64,000 bases of DNA from Microbulbifer sp. (GTDB lineage: Bacteria > Pseudomonadota > Gammaproteobacteria > Pseudomonadales > Cellvibrionaceae). Both the position numbers and the translations under genes were made by a program. Positions 18,198 through 27,220 of this stretch are shown here, one piece after another (within the stretch, counting starts at the first letter, position 1; every line of letters starts with the position of its first letter). The notes under the pieces were generated by a model that ran no database searches, was not told where the DNA came from, and was given only the letters and a program-made list of their open reading frames with translations. The stretch spans positions 1,418 to 65,417 of the forward strand of contig NZ_DATCMV010000179.1 in NCBI RefSeq assembly GCF_036563125.1, given 5' to 3'.

Positions 18198-19505
18198 ATG
18201 AAACAGTTGCCGCCAATCAACCTGGAAACGGATGCGCAGAGTCTCTGCCAGTGGTTACAGAGCCTGGCTGAACTGACCGTGGCCGCGGTGCACCCGGACA
18301 ATCTGATTCCCGACGATCTGCCCGCGCCCGGGCGCAGAACCCTGGTGGTTGGCGCCGGCAAGGCGAGCGCGGCAATGGCGGCGGCGTTGGAGCGCGCGTG
18401 GGGTGAGCGCTATCCGGGGGCTGATATCCAGGGCCTGGTAGTGACCCGCTACGGCCACGCTGCGCACTGCGAGAAGATCGAGGTGCTGGAAGCCGCACAC
18501 CCCATGCCCGATAAACTGGGCGAGCAGGCCGCCAAACGGATGCTGGATGCGGTGGCGGGGCTGACGGCGGAGGATCTGGTCATTGCCTTGATTTCCGGTG
18601 GCGGCTCCGCGCTGATGAGCCTGCCGGCGCCGGGCCTTACCCTGGAGCAGAAGCAGTCGATCAACCGGGCGCTGCTGCGCAGTGGCGCGCCGATCCGCGA
18701 CATCAACACCGTGCGCCGCCATTTATCCGCCATCAAGGGCGGGCGCCTCGCCGCCGCTGCCCATCCGGCGAGAGTGGTGACTTTCCTGATCTCCGATGTA
18801 CCGGGAGATGATCCCACCCTGATTGCCTCCGGCCCGACGTTGCCGGATAGCTCAACACCGGCGGATGCGCTGGGGATATTGCAGCGTTACCACATCGATA
18901 CGCCTGCAGAGGTGCGCGCACTTCTAGAAGCCGGTAATCCCTCACCAGATCCGAGCGATGTTGCTTTTGCCGCAGACAGCGCGGTAGTGCTGGCTAAAGC
19001 GGGCGACGCCCTCGAGGCCGCGCGTGAAGCCGCGCTGGCCGCCGGTGTCCATGTGCGGGTGCTGGGCGACAATCTAGAAGGTGAGGCGCGGGATCTGGGT
19101 AAAGCCCACGCGGCCCTGGCACTGCAGTGCCAGGGGCAAAGTCGGCGTCCGCTGCTAATCCTCTCCGGTGGTGAAACCAGCGTGACGGTAACTGGCAATG
19201 GTCGCGGCGGACGCAACGTGGAATACCTGCTGGGCCTGTTTAACGCGCTCGAAGGCGTGCCGGGCATTTATGCCTTGGCCATCGATACCGACGGCATCGA
19301 CGGCTCCGAGGACAATGCTGGCGCCTATTTCTCTCCGGCGGACTGGGCAAAAATGCGTGCACAGGGGCTGAACCCCGCGACATTCCTGTCCAACAACGAC
19401 GCGTACAGTTTTTTTGCCGAGCTCGGCAATCTCATTGTCTCCGGGCCTACCCGAACCAACGTCAACGACTTCCGCGCTATTCTGGTGATGCCAGTGCCCG
19501 ATTAA
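18198..19505 (+). CDS. Glycerate 2-kinase (type II, TtuD/MOFRL family)
   Basis: VVGAGKAS, ISGGGSAL, LSAIKGGRLA, SDVPGDD...IASGPT, GGET.V...GRGGRN, DTDGIDG, GPTRTNVNDFR. Confidence 0.92.
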   Translation: MKQLPPINLETDAQSLCQWLQSLAELTVAAVHPDNLIPDDLPAPGRRTLVVGAGKASAAMAAALERAWGERYPGADIQGLVVTRYGHAAHCEKIEVLEAAHPMPDKLGEQAAKRMLDAVAGLTAEDLVIALISGGGSALMSLPAPGLTLEQKQSINRALLRSGAPIRDINTVRRHLSAIKGGRLAAAAHPARVVTFLISDVPGDDPTLIASGPTLPDSSTPADALGILQRYHIDTPAEVRALLEAGNPSPDPSDVAFAADSAVVLAKAGDALEAAREAALAAGVHVRVLGDNLEGEARDLGKAHAALALQCQGQSRRPLLILSGGETSVTVTGNGRGGRNVEYLLGLFNALEGVPGIYALAIDTDGIDGSEDNAGAYFSPADWAKMRAQGLNPATFLSNNDAYSFFAELGNLIVSGPTRTNVNDFRAILVMPVPD

Positions 19506-19528
19506 TGTTCGAGAGGTGAAAGGTCTCC

Positions 19529-21007
19529 ATGTCCCAACTGCCCGCCAGCCAGCGCACCGCCAGTCCCCTGCGTCGTACCAAAATCGTTGCCACCCTCGGC
19601 CCCGCCAGCGACAAGCCGGGTGTATTGGAAAGATTACTGAAGGCCGGTGTAGATGTGGTGCGGCTGAATTTTTCCCACGGCACCGCCGACGATCACCGCC
19701 GCCGGCTTCAGAAAGTGCGGGAAGTTGCCGACCGCCTCGGTAAAACGGTGGCCGCACTGGGAGACCTGCAGGGCCCGAAAATCCGCATCGCCCGTTTCAA
19801 GGACAACGCCGTGGTCCTGCAGGAAGGGCAGCCATTCGTGCTCGACATGGCGCTCGACACCAACGAGGGCGACAACCAGCGTGTGGGCTGCGACTACAAG
19901 GATCTGGTGGCGGATGTCGCCGCCGGCGATGTGCTGCTGCTGGACGACGGCCGCGTTGTGCTGGCGGTGGACGCGGTAAACGATCGCGAGGTGTGTACCA
20001 CTGTCACCGTGGGTGGCCGCCTTTCCAACAACAAGGGTATTAACAAGCAGGGTGGAGGCCTCTCCGCGGCGGCACTCACCGACAAAGACAAGGCCGACCT
20101 GAACACCGCTATCGACATTGGCGTGGATTACCTCGCCGTGTCCTTCCCCCGCAGTGCGGAAGATATGCAGGAAGCGCGCACCCTGTTGGGTGAGGCGGGC
20201 AAGCATATCGGCCTCGTTGCCAAGGTGGAGCGCGCCGAGGCCGTGTCGGATGACGACACCCTCGACGACATCATTCGTGCCTCGGAGGCGGTAATGGTGG
20301 CCCGCGGCGATCTGGGGGTGGAAATTGGCGATGCGGCATTGATCGGCGTGCAGAAGCGAATGATCAAACGCGCCCGCCAACTCAACCGCGCCGTGATTAC
20401 CGCTACCCAGATGCTGGAGACCATGATCACCGCACCGCTACCTACCCGTGCCGAAGTGTTCGACGTAGCCAACGCGGTGCTGGATGGCACCGACGCGGTA
20501 ATGCTGTCCGCCGAGACCGCCGCCGGTAACTTCCCGGTGGAAGCGGTAGAGGCTATGCATCGCCTGTGTCTCGGCGCGGAGCGGGAGCGCTCAGCGCAGG
20601 AGTCCGGCCACCGCATGCACCAGGGTTTTACACGCATTGACGAAACCATCTCCCTTTCCGCCATGTACGCCGCCAACCACCTCGCTGGCGTGACCGCCAT
20701 CGCCTGTATGACCCAGACCGGCTATACCCCGCTGATCGCGTCGCGTATTCGCTCGGGCCTGCCCATCGTCGGTCTCGCCCACGACCCCCTGGCACAGCGG
20801 CGCATGGCACTGTACCGGGGGGTGATCTCGGTGCTGTTCGTCCCCGGTGAGGGGGAGGGCGACCGCGAGCTGAACCAGCGCGCGCTGGATGTATTGAAAG
20901 ACCGGGGAATCGTAAAAAGTGGCGACCAGGTAATTCTGATTCGGGGGGACCTGATGCAGTCCCACGGCGGCACCAATACACTCAAGATCCTGGATGTCGG
21001 TCCCTGA
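19529..21007 (+). CDS. pyk: Pyruvate kinase
   Basis: [64 protein letters not shown]. Confidence 0.97.
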   Translation: MSQLPASQRTASPLRRTKIVATLGPASDKPGVLERLLKAGVDVVRLNFSHGTADDHRRRLQKVREVADRLGKTVAALGDLQGPKIRIARFKDNAVVLQEGQPFVLDMALDTNEGDNQRVGCDYKDLVADVAAGDVLLLDDGRVVLAVDAVNDREVCTTVTVGGRLSNNKGINKQGGGLSAAALTDKDKADLNTAIDIGVDYLAVSFPRSAEDMQEARTLLGEAGKHIGLVAKVERAEAVSDDDTLDDIIRASEAVMVARGDLGVEIGDAALIGVQKRMIKRARQLNRAVITATQMLETMITAPLPTRAEVFDVANAVLDGTDAVMLSAETAAGNFPVEAVEAMHRLCLGAERERSAQESGHRMHQGFTRIDETISLSAMYAANHLAGVTAIACMTQTGYTPLIASRIRSGLPIVGLAHDPLAQRRMALYRGVISVLFVPGEGEGDRELNQRALDVLKDRGIVKSGDQVILIRGDLMQSHGGTNTLKILDVGP

Positions 21008-21180
21008 GGGATTGTGAAGGGTATCGCCTGGCATCTGAAAATTTGCATGGTCAATACAAAGCCGGTATAGATGGTCGGCGTAACCAGAAACCTGCGCCGA
21101 CACCTGCACCTGCAGTAGCGCGCAAATCTTGATCCGAGGGCAGCTACACTGACTGCGTAAACCGCATACTCAAGCTCGAA

Positions 21181-21296
21181 TTACACCGAGCCATCAGCTC
21201 TAAGTCGTAGATACGAACTGATGGCCGCGGACGGCAATATGCCCGCCCGCCAGGGTCGCGAGGGAAACCGACCGGCCTCCCGCATTTGGAAAGGTG
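21181..21296 (+). ncRNA. Molybdenum-cofactor (Moco) riboswitch leader
   Basis: ACACCGAGCC...GGCC...CCAGGG...GAAA...GGCCTCCCGCATTTGGAAAGGTG directly abutting the moaA start; the same layout and 3' sequence as the moaA-leader Moco RNA motif. Confidence 0.88.
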
Positions 21297-22280
21297 ATGA
21301 AAAAAAACGAAATACTGCAGGACGGTCACGGCCGTCGCTTTTATTATCTGCGCCTGTCGGTCACGGACGTGTGCAACTTCCGTTGCGACTACTGCCTGCC
21401 CAACGGCTATCAGGCCAGACACCAGCTACCGGACCTCAGCGTCGCGGAAGCCCGCACCGTCATGCGCGCCTTCGCCCAGCTCGGCACCCGCAAGGTTCGC
21501 CTGAGCGGCGGCGAACCCTCCCTGCGCAAAGACCTGCCGGAACTTATCCACAGCGCCAAAGCCACCCCAGGCATCCAGCGCGTCGCCGTCACCACCAATG
21601 GTTACAAACTCCCCAGCCTCATCGACAGCTGGCAACAGAGCGGCCTCGACCAGCTCAATGTCAGCATCGACAGCCTGGATAGCGAGGAATTCGCCCGCAT
21701 CACCGGCCACGACTGTCTGCCGAGAATCCTCTCCGGCATAGACCGTGCGCTGGAGCTGGATATCCAGACCAAGGTAAATGCCGTCTTGCTCAACGACGGC
21801 ACCCAGGCCCGCCTGTACCATTTCCTGAACTGGCTGAAAACTACCCCGGTCACTCTGCGCTTTATCGAACTTATGCAAACCGGCGACAATCGCGATTACT
21901 TCGCCAGCAACCATGTGCGCGGTGCAGAGATCGAACGGCAACTGATTGATGCCGGCTGGCAACTGCTACCCAGATCTCTGGACGCCGGCCCCGCCCGCGA
22001 ATATGTCCACCCGGACTACGCCGGCCGCATCGGCCTGATCACCCCCTACAGCAAAGACTTCTGCACCAGCTGCAACCGCCTGCGCGTCTCCGCCCAGGGC
22101 AAACTGCACCTTTGTTTATTTGCTGACGCGGGCCTGGATTTACGCGAAACAATTCAAACTGGCGACGCCGATGTACTGGCAGAAAAAGTTAGAGCACTGA
22201 TTGGCAATAAAGAAGTCAGTCACTTTTTACAGCAGGGAAATACGGGGGGAACCCAGAACCTCTCGATAATCGGCGGTTGA
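21297..22280 (+). CDS. moaA: GTP 3',8-cyclase MoaA
   Basis: CNFRCDYC radical-SAM motif; GGEP; YSKDFCTSCNRLR...LHLCLF; C-terminal IGG. Confidence 0.97.
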   Translation: MKKNEILQDGHGRRFYYLRLSVTDVCNFRCDYCLPNGYQARHQLPDLSVAEARTVMRAFAQLGTRKVRLSGGEPSLRKDLPELIHSAKATPGIQRVAVTTNGYKLPSLIDSWQQSGLDQLNVSIDSLDSEEFARITGHDCLPRILSGIDRALELDIQTKVNAVLLNDGTQARLYHFLNWLKTTPVTLRFIELMQTGDNRDYFASNHVRGAEIERQLIDAGWQLLPRSLDAGPAREYVHPDYAGRIGLITPYSKDFCTSCNRLRVSAQGKLHLCLFADAGLDLRETIQTGDADVLAEKVRALIGNKEVSHFLQQGNTGGTQNLSIIGG

Positions 22281-22334
22281 CCACAATATTTTCAAGGCTT
22301 ACGAAGCACAAACACTTGAATTGAAGATCGGGCG

Positions 22335-22427
22335 CCGGGGGTGGATTTTCAGGATCGTCGCAAACAGGATGTTTGCGCCGAAGCGCCCAGGGATGGGTTT
22401 ACAGCGGTCCTGAAAATCCGCACCCGG
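22335..22427. repeat. Structured palindromic intergenic element (REP/MITE-like)
   Basis: 12-bp perfect inverted repeat GGATTTTCAGGA (22343-22354) / TCCTGAAAATCC (22408-22419) enclosing hairpins CGCAAACA-GGA-TGTTTGCG and CCCA-GGGA-TGGG; one copy in this window. Confidence 0.55.
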
Positions 22428-22491
22428 TGACCGGTCGCCACAGAACCAAAAACAGAGCGCCCAACCAGGAAAGCGACGGAGCACAAAACAA

Positions 22492-23007
22492 ATGGCACAC
22501 GAGCCAATCGACAAAAACCAGAAACTCAATATCGCAATTCTCACAGTGTCCGACACCAGAACCGAAGAAAACGACACCTCCGGAAAATACCTGGTAGAAG
22601 CCCTGCAGGAAGACGGCCATACCCTCGCCGACAAAGCCATCGTCATCGACGACAAATACTTACTGCGTGCCAAAGTCTCCGCCTGGATCGCCGACCCGGA
22701 CATTCACGTCGTCATCTCCACCGGCGGTACCGGCTTCGCAGGCCGCGACTCCACCCCCGAAGCCATCGCCCCCTTGCTCGACAAACACATCGATGGCTTC
22801 GGCGAAATGTTCCGCTCCATCAGCTACGAGGAAATCGGCTCCTCCACCATCCAATCGCGGGCACTTGCCGGCATCGCCAACCGCACACTGGTTGCGTGCC
22901 TGCCCGGCTCCACCGGCGCCTGCAAAACCGGCTGGACCAAGCTGCTGAAAGAACAGTTGACCGCCAGTCACACGCCTTGCAACTTCGTCGGCTACCTCAC
23001 GAAATAA
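22492..23007 (+). CDS. moaB: Molybdenum cofactor biosynthesis protein B
   Basis: [11 protein letters not shown]...DTSG, STGGTG..GRD.TPEA, GFGE.FR...[13 protein letters not shown]. Confidence 0.93.
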   Translation: MAHEPIDKNQKLNIAILTVSDTRTEENDTSGKYLVEALQEDGHTLADKAIVIDDKYLLRAKVSAWIADPDIHVVISTGGTGFAGRDSTPEAIAPLLDKHIDGFGEMFRSISYEEIGSSTIQSRALAGIANRTLVACLPGSTGACKTGWTKLLKEQLTASHTPCNFVGYLTK

Positions 23008-23024
23008 CGAAATCCAGATCCAAA

Positions 23025-23516
23025 ATGACCCTCACACACCTGAACCAACAGGGCGAAGCCAGCATGGTCGATGTCACAGACAAAGACATCACCGACCGCT
23101 CCGCGCGCGCCCAGTCCGCCGTCGCCATGTCCGCGGAAGCCTTTGCACAACTGAAAGCCGGCAACAACAAAAAGGGCGATGTGCTCGCCACCGCCCGCAT
23201 CGCCGGTATCCAGGCCGCCAAGAAAACTGCCGACCTGATACCCCTGTGCCATCCACTGGCACTGACCAAAGTGCAGGTGGACTTCGAACTGGTGGACGCA
23301 ACCAATACCGTCAATATTTCCAGTTTCTGCCGGCTCGCAGGCCGTACCGGTGTGGAAATGGAAGCGCTCACCGCCGCCAGCGTGGCCGCGCTCACCATTT
23401 ACGACATGTGCAAAGCCGTCGACCCGGCCATGGTCATCGGCCCTACCAAACTGCAGGAAAAAACCGGTGGCAAGCGCGGGCACTGGACCTCGGAAAATAG
23501 CGGGGGAAAAGCATGA
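23025..23516 (+). CDS. moaC: cPMP synthase MoaC
   Basis: LTHL...[52 protein letters not shown]. Confidence 0.97.
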   Translation: MTLTHLNQQGEASMVDVTDKDITDRSARAQSAVAMSAEAFAQLKAGNNKKGDVLATARIAGIQAAKKTADLIPLCHPLALTKVQVDFELVDATNTVNISSFCRLAGRTGVEMEALTAASVAALTIYDMCKAVDPAMVIGPTKLQEKTGGKRGHWTSENSGGKA

Positions 23517-23761
23517 TCAGGGTACTGTTCTTTGCCGGCTTGCGGGAGCAGCTGGGCTGCGACCGGCTGGAAGCAGAGGCGGCAGACATCACCAGCATCG
23601 CCGAATTGCGCGGGAAACTCGCACAAAAAGGCAGCAACTGGCAGTCAGCACTGGCCAATGAACAATTGCAGGTGGCTCTAAATCAGCAACTTTCCAGCAT
23701 GGATGCCTCGCTCAGAGACGGCGACGAAGTCGCTTTCTTCCCGCCGGTCACAGGAGGCTGA
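23513..23761 (+). CDS. moaD: Molybdopterin synthase sulfur carrier MoaD
   Basis: VLFFA.LRE...[13 protein letters not shown]. Confidence 0.96.
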   Translation: MIRVLFFAGLREQLGCDRLEAEAADITSIAELRGKLAQKGSNWQSALANEQLQVALNQQLSSMDASLRDGDEVAFFPPVTGG

Positions 23762-23762
23762 C

Positions 23763-24242
23763 GTGGCTGTGGAAATATCCATCTCCGTACAGGCCGCGGG
23801 CTTCGACCCGGGCGCAGAATACCAGCACCTGCGCAGCGGAAATTATGCAGATGGTGCTACCGCCATGTTCGTGGGCAATGTGCGGGATTTTTCACCAGCG
23901 GAGTCGGGGGGAAAGAATCCGGTTGCTGTGTTGGAGCTGGAGCACTATCCGGGGATGGCGGAATCGGCGCTCGCCGATATTGCCCGCCAGGCTGGTGAAC
24001 GCTGGCCGCTCGGGCGGGTGCGGGTGATCCATCGTTTCGGGCCGCTAACGGCGGGTGAAGAGATTGTGTTTGTCGGCACCACCTCTGCGCATCGCCAAGC
24101 AGCATTGGACGCCTGTGCGTTTATTATGGATTTCCTCAAAAGCCGCGCACCTTTCTGGAAAAAAGAAATTAGTGAGGGGGCAGAGGAGGGTAGCTGGGTA
24201 CAGGCTCGCCACAGCGACGAAGACGCACTGAAGAAATGGTAG
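23763..24242 (+). CDS. moaE: Molybdopterin synthase catalytic subunit MoaE
   Basis: LELEHYPGMAE, VIHRFG.L..GE.IV, HRQAA..AC.FIMDFLK.RAPFWKKE. Confidence 0.95.
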   Translation: MAVEISISVQAAGFDPGAEYQHLRSGNYADGATAMFVGNVRDFSPAESGGKNPVAVLELEHYPGMAESALADIARQAGERWPLGRVRVIHRFGPLTAGEEIVFVGTTSAHRQAALDACAFIMDFLKSRAPFWKKEISEGAEEGSWVQARHSDEDALKKW

Positions 24243-24357
24243 CGAAATTTTCGCGCACAAAGTAAGCGCTCGCTCTGGCGCTTGCCCGCGAAATTATTGA
24301 ACTGATCACCTGCTAACGGTGCGGAACTTGATGTGGTTCCGTTGATTCGACAATTAT

Positions 24358-24409
24358 TGTGATCGTGCGCACAGGGGCGCTTTGCTTAGTGGTAGTGAAT
24401 CCTGTCACA
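24358..24409. promoter_or_regulatory. Two tandem CRP/Vfr-type binding sites upstream of the motor operon
   Basis: TGTGA-tcgtgc-GCACA (24358-24373) and AGTGA-atcctg-TCACA (24394-24409), each 9/10 to TGTGA-N6-TCACA. Confidence 0.6.
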
Positions 24410-24617
24410 TTATCGAGCTTTTTCCTCTTTGCCTTTGAATTTTAAGAAAAAATTCTTATCCAACTCTGTGCGCGAGTTTTGAAGCGCCTCACATATCCCC
24501 CCGTATTGCTTGCAATACAATCTCCTCCGCTGAGTACTCATCTCCGACGTAGGTCGGGTTTTTATGGTCGGTGATTAATTGACCAGTTAAGGGTTGGGGT
24601 TCGAGGTAAAAAGGGAT

Positions 24618-25136
24618 ATGTACAGAATTCTGATGGCCGCCGTTCTGTTGATGCTGGCGGCGGTGTCCAATGCGCAAGAGGCCAGTCAGGTAAGTCGCGA
24701 AGAAATCCGTGGCCTCGACGAGCAGATTCAGGATGTGAAGAAAGATGTAATCAGTCTTACGTCCGAACTCAATCGTCTTGAAGAAAAACTGCTGTTCCCT
24801 TCCAACACGCAAGTGGCCCTGTTTGTCTCGCTGCCCGACAGCAGCGAGTTCAGCCTGGAATCCATCGAGATCAAGCTCGACAACCAGATTGTCGCCCACC
24901 ATCTCTACACCTACCGTGAAATCGAAGCCCTGCAGCTGGGCGGTGTACAGCGAATTCATACCGCCAATGTGCAGACCGGCGCGCATCCCCTGGAAGTGAC
25001 CTATTTCGGGAAGTCCAAATCCGGCAAAGAGTATCGCGCGACCGCCAGCTACAGCGTTGACAAGGCCGTGGGGCCCAAATTCGTTGAGATCCAGATTGCC
25101 GGCAACCAGTCCGCTATCAACTTCAAGGACTGGTAA
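24618..25136 (+). CDS. Secreted coiled-coil/beta protein, first gene of the Agl-Glt-like operon
   Basis: Signal peptide (AAVSNA); coiled coil LDEQIQDVKKDVISL..EL.RLEEKLLFP; then a beta-rich domain; tightly linked to the TPR genes. Confidence 0.7.
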   Translation: MYRILMAAVLLMLAAVSNAQEASQVSREEIRGLDEQIQDVKKDVISLTSELNRLEEKLLFPSNTQVALFVSLPDSSEFSLESIEIKLDNQIVAHHLYTYREIEALQLGGVQRIHTANVQTGAHPLEVTYFGKSKSGKEYRATASYSVDKAVGPKFVEIQIAGNQSAINFKDW

Positions 25137-25138
25137 GC

Positions 25139-27220
25139 ATGAATTCACGTCTGGCCAGTGCGATTGCCGGTGCAGCGCTGACTGCGCTGTGCGCCGTTGC
25201 TGTGCAGGCCAAAGCCCCTGTCGATCCCGATCCCGAGGCGCTTCACACCGAAAAGCTGCGCGATCTGTTTTTCGGTGAGGCGCTATTCAATGCGCATCAG
25301 GATAAGTATTTCGACGCGATCACCGAGCTGGATACTGAGCTCAAACAGTTTCGCCTGCTGGATGACCCGGAACTGGATCCGTTCAGTTTGCATTTCGGGC
25401 AGGCGGAATTTGCAGTAGGGGATCTGGAGCTTTCCTATCGTATGCACCGGGATGCCGGCCGCGCGATGGAGCAGGTGCTGAAAGGCAATGTGCCGCAGCC
25501 GATCAAAAACGAAGCCGCCTTCCGCCTGGCCAAGATTCACTATCATAAGCAACAGTTTGCCGATGCCCTGCATGCACTCGAATTGATCGAGGGACGGGTA
25601 CCCGAGCGTGTGCGTGCAGATGAACAGTTCCTGCGTGCACGGGTTTACATGCAGCTGGGGCGCTTCGAAGAAGCGGTGGCACTGCTGAAAGACCTTAAGG
25701 GTGAGAAGTCCCTGGCAGGCTTTGTGGAGTACAACCTGGGTATCGCACTGCTGAAGGCGGGCTATACAGAAAAGGGTGTGCTGGAGCTGGACGGCCTCGG
25801 GCGCAACGCCGGTAGCGACGATGCCATGGGCGCGCTGCAGGATAAAACCAATCTGCTGCTTGGCTTCCAGTTGATGGAAGCCAAGGAATACGAGCGCGCA
25901 CGTACGTATTTTGACCGCGTTCAACTCTCCGGCCCCTTCTCCAATCAGGCCCTACTGGGGGCCGGCTGGGTGGAAGCGAACGCGGGTCGTTATGATCGCG
26001 CGCTGGTACCCTGGCAGCTGCTGGCCGAGCGCCAGCCCACCAATTCAGCGGTTCAGGAAGCGATGCTCGCGGTGCCCTATGCCTACGGCAAGCTGGATGT
26101 GCACAGTACCGCGGCAGTAAATTACGGCCATGCTCTGGATCTGTTCGGAGCGCAGGTCGACGTGCTGACCCAGTCCATCCAAAGTATCCGCGAAGGCAAG
26201 CTGCTGGAAGCTCTGCGCCGCAAGGAAGCCAGCCAGGTCAAAAACTGGGTGGTGGAACTGCGCAAGCTGCCAGATGCCCCGGAAACCCATTACCTGCTGG
26301 ACCTGATGGCCTCCAACGACTATCAGGAATTCCTGCGCAATTACCAGGATCTGAACGACCTGCTGGAGCGCAACAAAGATTGGCTGCAGAGCCTGGATTC
26401 CTTTGAGGAAATCATTGCGCTGCGGCGCGGTTACTACGAGCCGATTCTGCCGGGGCTGGATGTGCAGTTCCGCCAGGTCGACGCCCGCATCAAGATGCGT
26501 CTGGAGCAGCGCCAGCGCCTTGCTGCCCGTATCGAGAACCTGCTGATAAATCGCCGTCCGGAACTGCTGGCCAAAAGCGACGAGACTGAATCCCGTCTGA
26601 TCCTGCAGCAGATTCGCGAAATCCTTGCCTATAACCCCAGCCTCAACAGCGAAGAGACCGAGGCGCGCGTCGCCCGTCTCGAAGGGGTGCTGAAGTTTCA
26701 ACTGTCTCGCGAGTTCGATGAGCGCCTGACAGAAGCCTACAAGCACCTGCAGGAGCTGGATATCGTCGTCGCCACCCTGCAGGAAACCTACCAGCGCTAC
26801 GTACGCAGTCGTCAGGCCGCCACCCACAGCTATGAAGGGTATGCCGACCAGATTGCCAGCCTGCGCGGCGGCCTCAATCGCGCCCAGGATCGCATCGACC
26901 AGTTGATGGCGCGCCAGGGACGCATGCTCGAGCAGTTGGCGATTAACGAGCTGGATCAGCGCCGTTCCCAGTTGGAGAGCTACCAGATCAAGGCCCGATT
27001 TGCCCTGGCCGACAGTTACGACCGCGCCAATGAGTTGCAGGAGCAGCGCGCCGATGCCCGCAAGGTTGAGCAGTACCAGCAGCAGGTAGAGGGACTGAAA
27101 CAGTCGGAGCCGGAAGAATCTGAGCCTGCGGTAAACCCGGATGGTGAACCGCTGCCCACGGACAATCCGCCAGAACTGGAAGCGCCAGAGCAAGAGATGG
27201 AATCCGCCAGCGATGAATAA
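25139..27220 (+). CDS. Periplasmic TPR and coiled-coil protein (GltC-like position)
   Basis: Signal peptide; repeated TPR helices (AAFRLAKIHY..QQF..AL, YNLGIALLKAG); C-terminal coiled coils ending ARFALADSYDRA. Confidence 0.75.
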   Translation: MNSRLASAIAGAALTALCAVAVQAKAPVDPDPEALHTEKLRDLFFGEALFNAHQDKYFDAITELDTELKQFRLLDDPELDPFSLHFGQAEFAVGDLELSYRMHRDAGRAMEQVLKGNVPQPIKNEAAFRLAKIHYHKQQFADALHALELIEGRVPERVRADEQFLRARVYMQLGRFEEAVALLKDLKGEKSLAGFVEYNLGIALLKAGYTEKGVLELDGLGRNAGSDDAMGALQDKTNLLLGFQLMEAKEYERARTYFDRVQLSGPFSNQALLGAGWVEANAGRYDRALVPWQLLAERQPTNSAVQEAMLAVPYAYGKLDVHSTAAVNYGHALDLFGAQVDVLTQSIQSIREGKLLEALRRKEASQVKNWVVELRKLPDAPETHYLLDLMASNDYQEFLRNYQDLNDLLERNKDWLQSLDSFEEIIALRRGYYEPILPGLDVQFRQVDARIKMRLEQRQRLAARIENLLINRRPELLAKSDETESRLILQQIREILAYNPSLNSEETEARVARLEGVLKFQLSREFDERLTEAYKHLQELDIVVATLQETYQRYVRSRQAATHSYEGYADQIASLRGGLNRAQDRIDQLMARQGRMLEQLAINELDQRRSQLESYQIKARFALADSYDRANELQEQRADARKVEQYQQQVEGLKQSEPEESEPAVNPDGEPLPTDNPPELEAPEQEMESASDE

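Noticed and set aside
21297-24242. moa genes co-acquired with sox to supply SoxC
   Set aside because: moaABCDE has host-like high GC, a standard Moco riboswitch, and is separated from sox by four core-type genes; proximity may be incidental.
24618-25136. Possible regulator label (such as AraC) for the first motor-operon gene
   Set aside because: It has a cleavable signal peptide and no HTH pattern, so it is a periplasmic protein.
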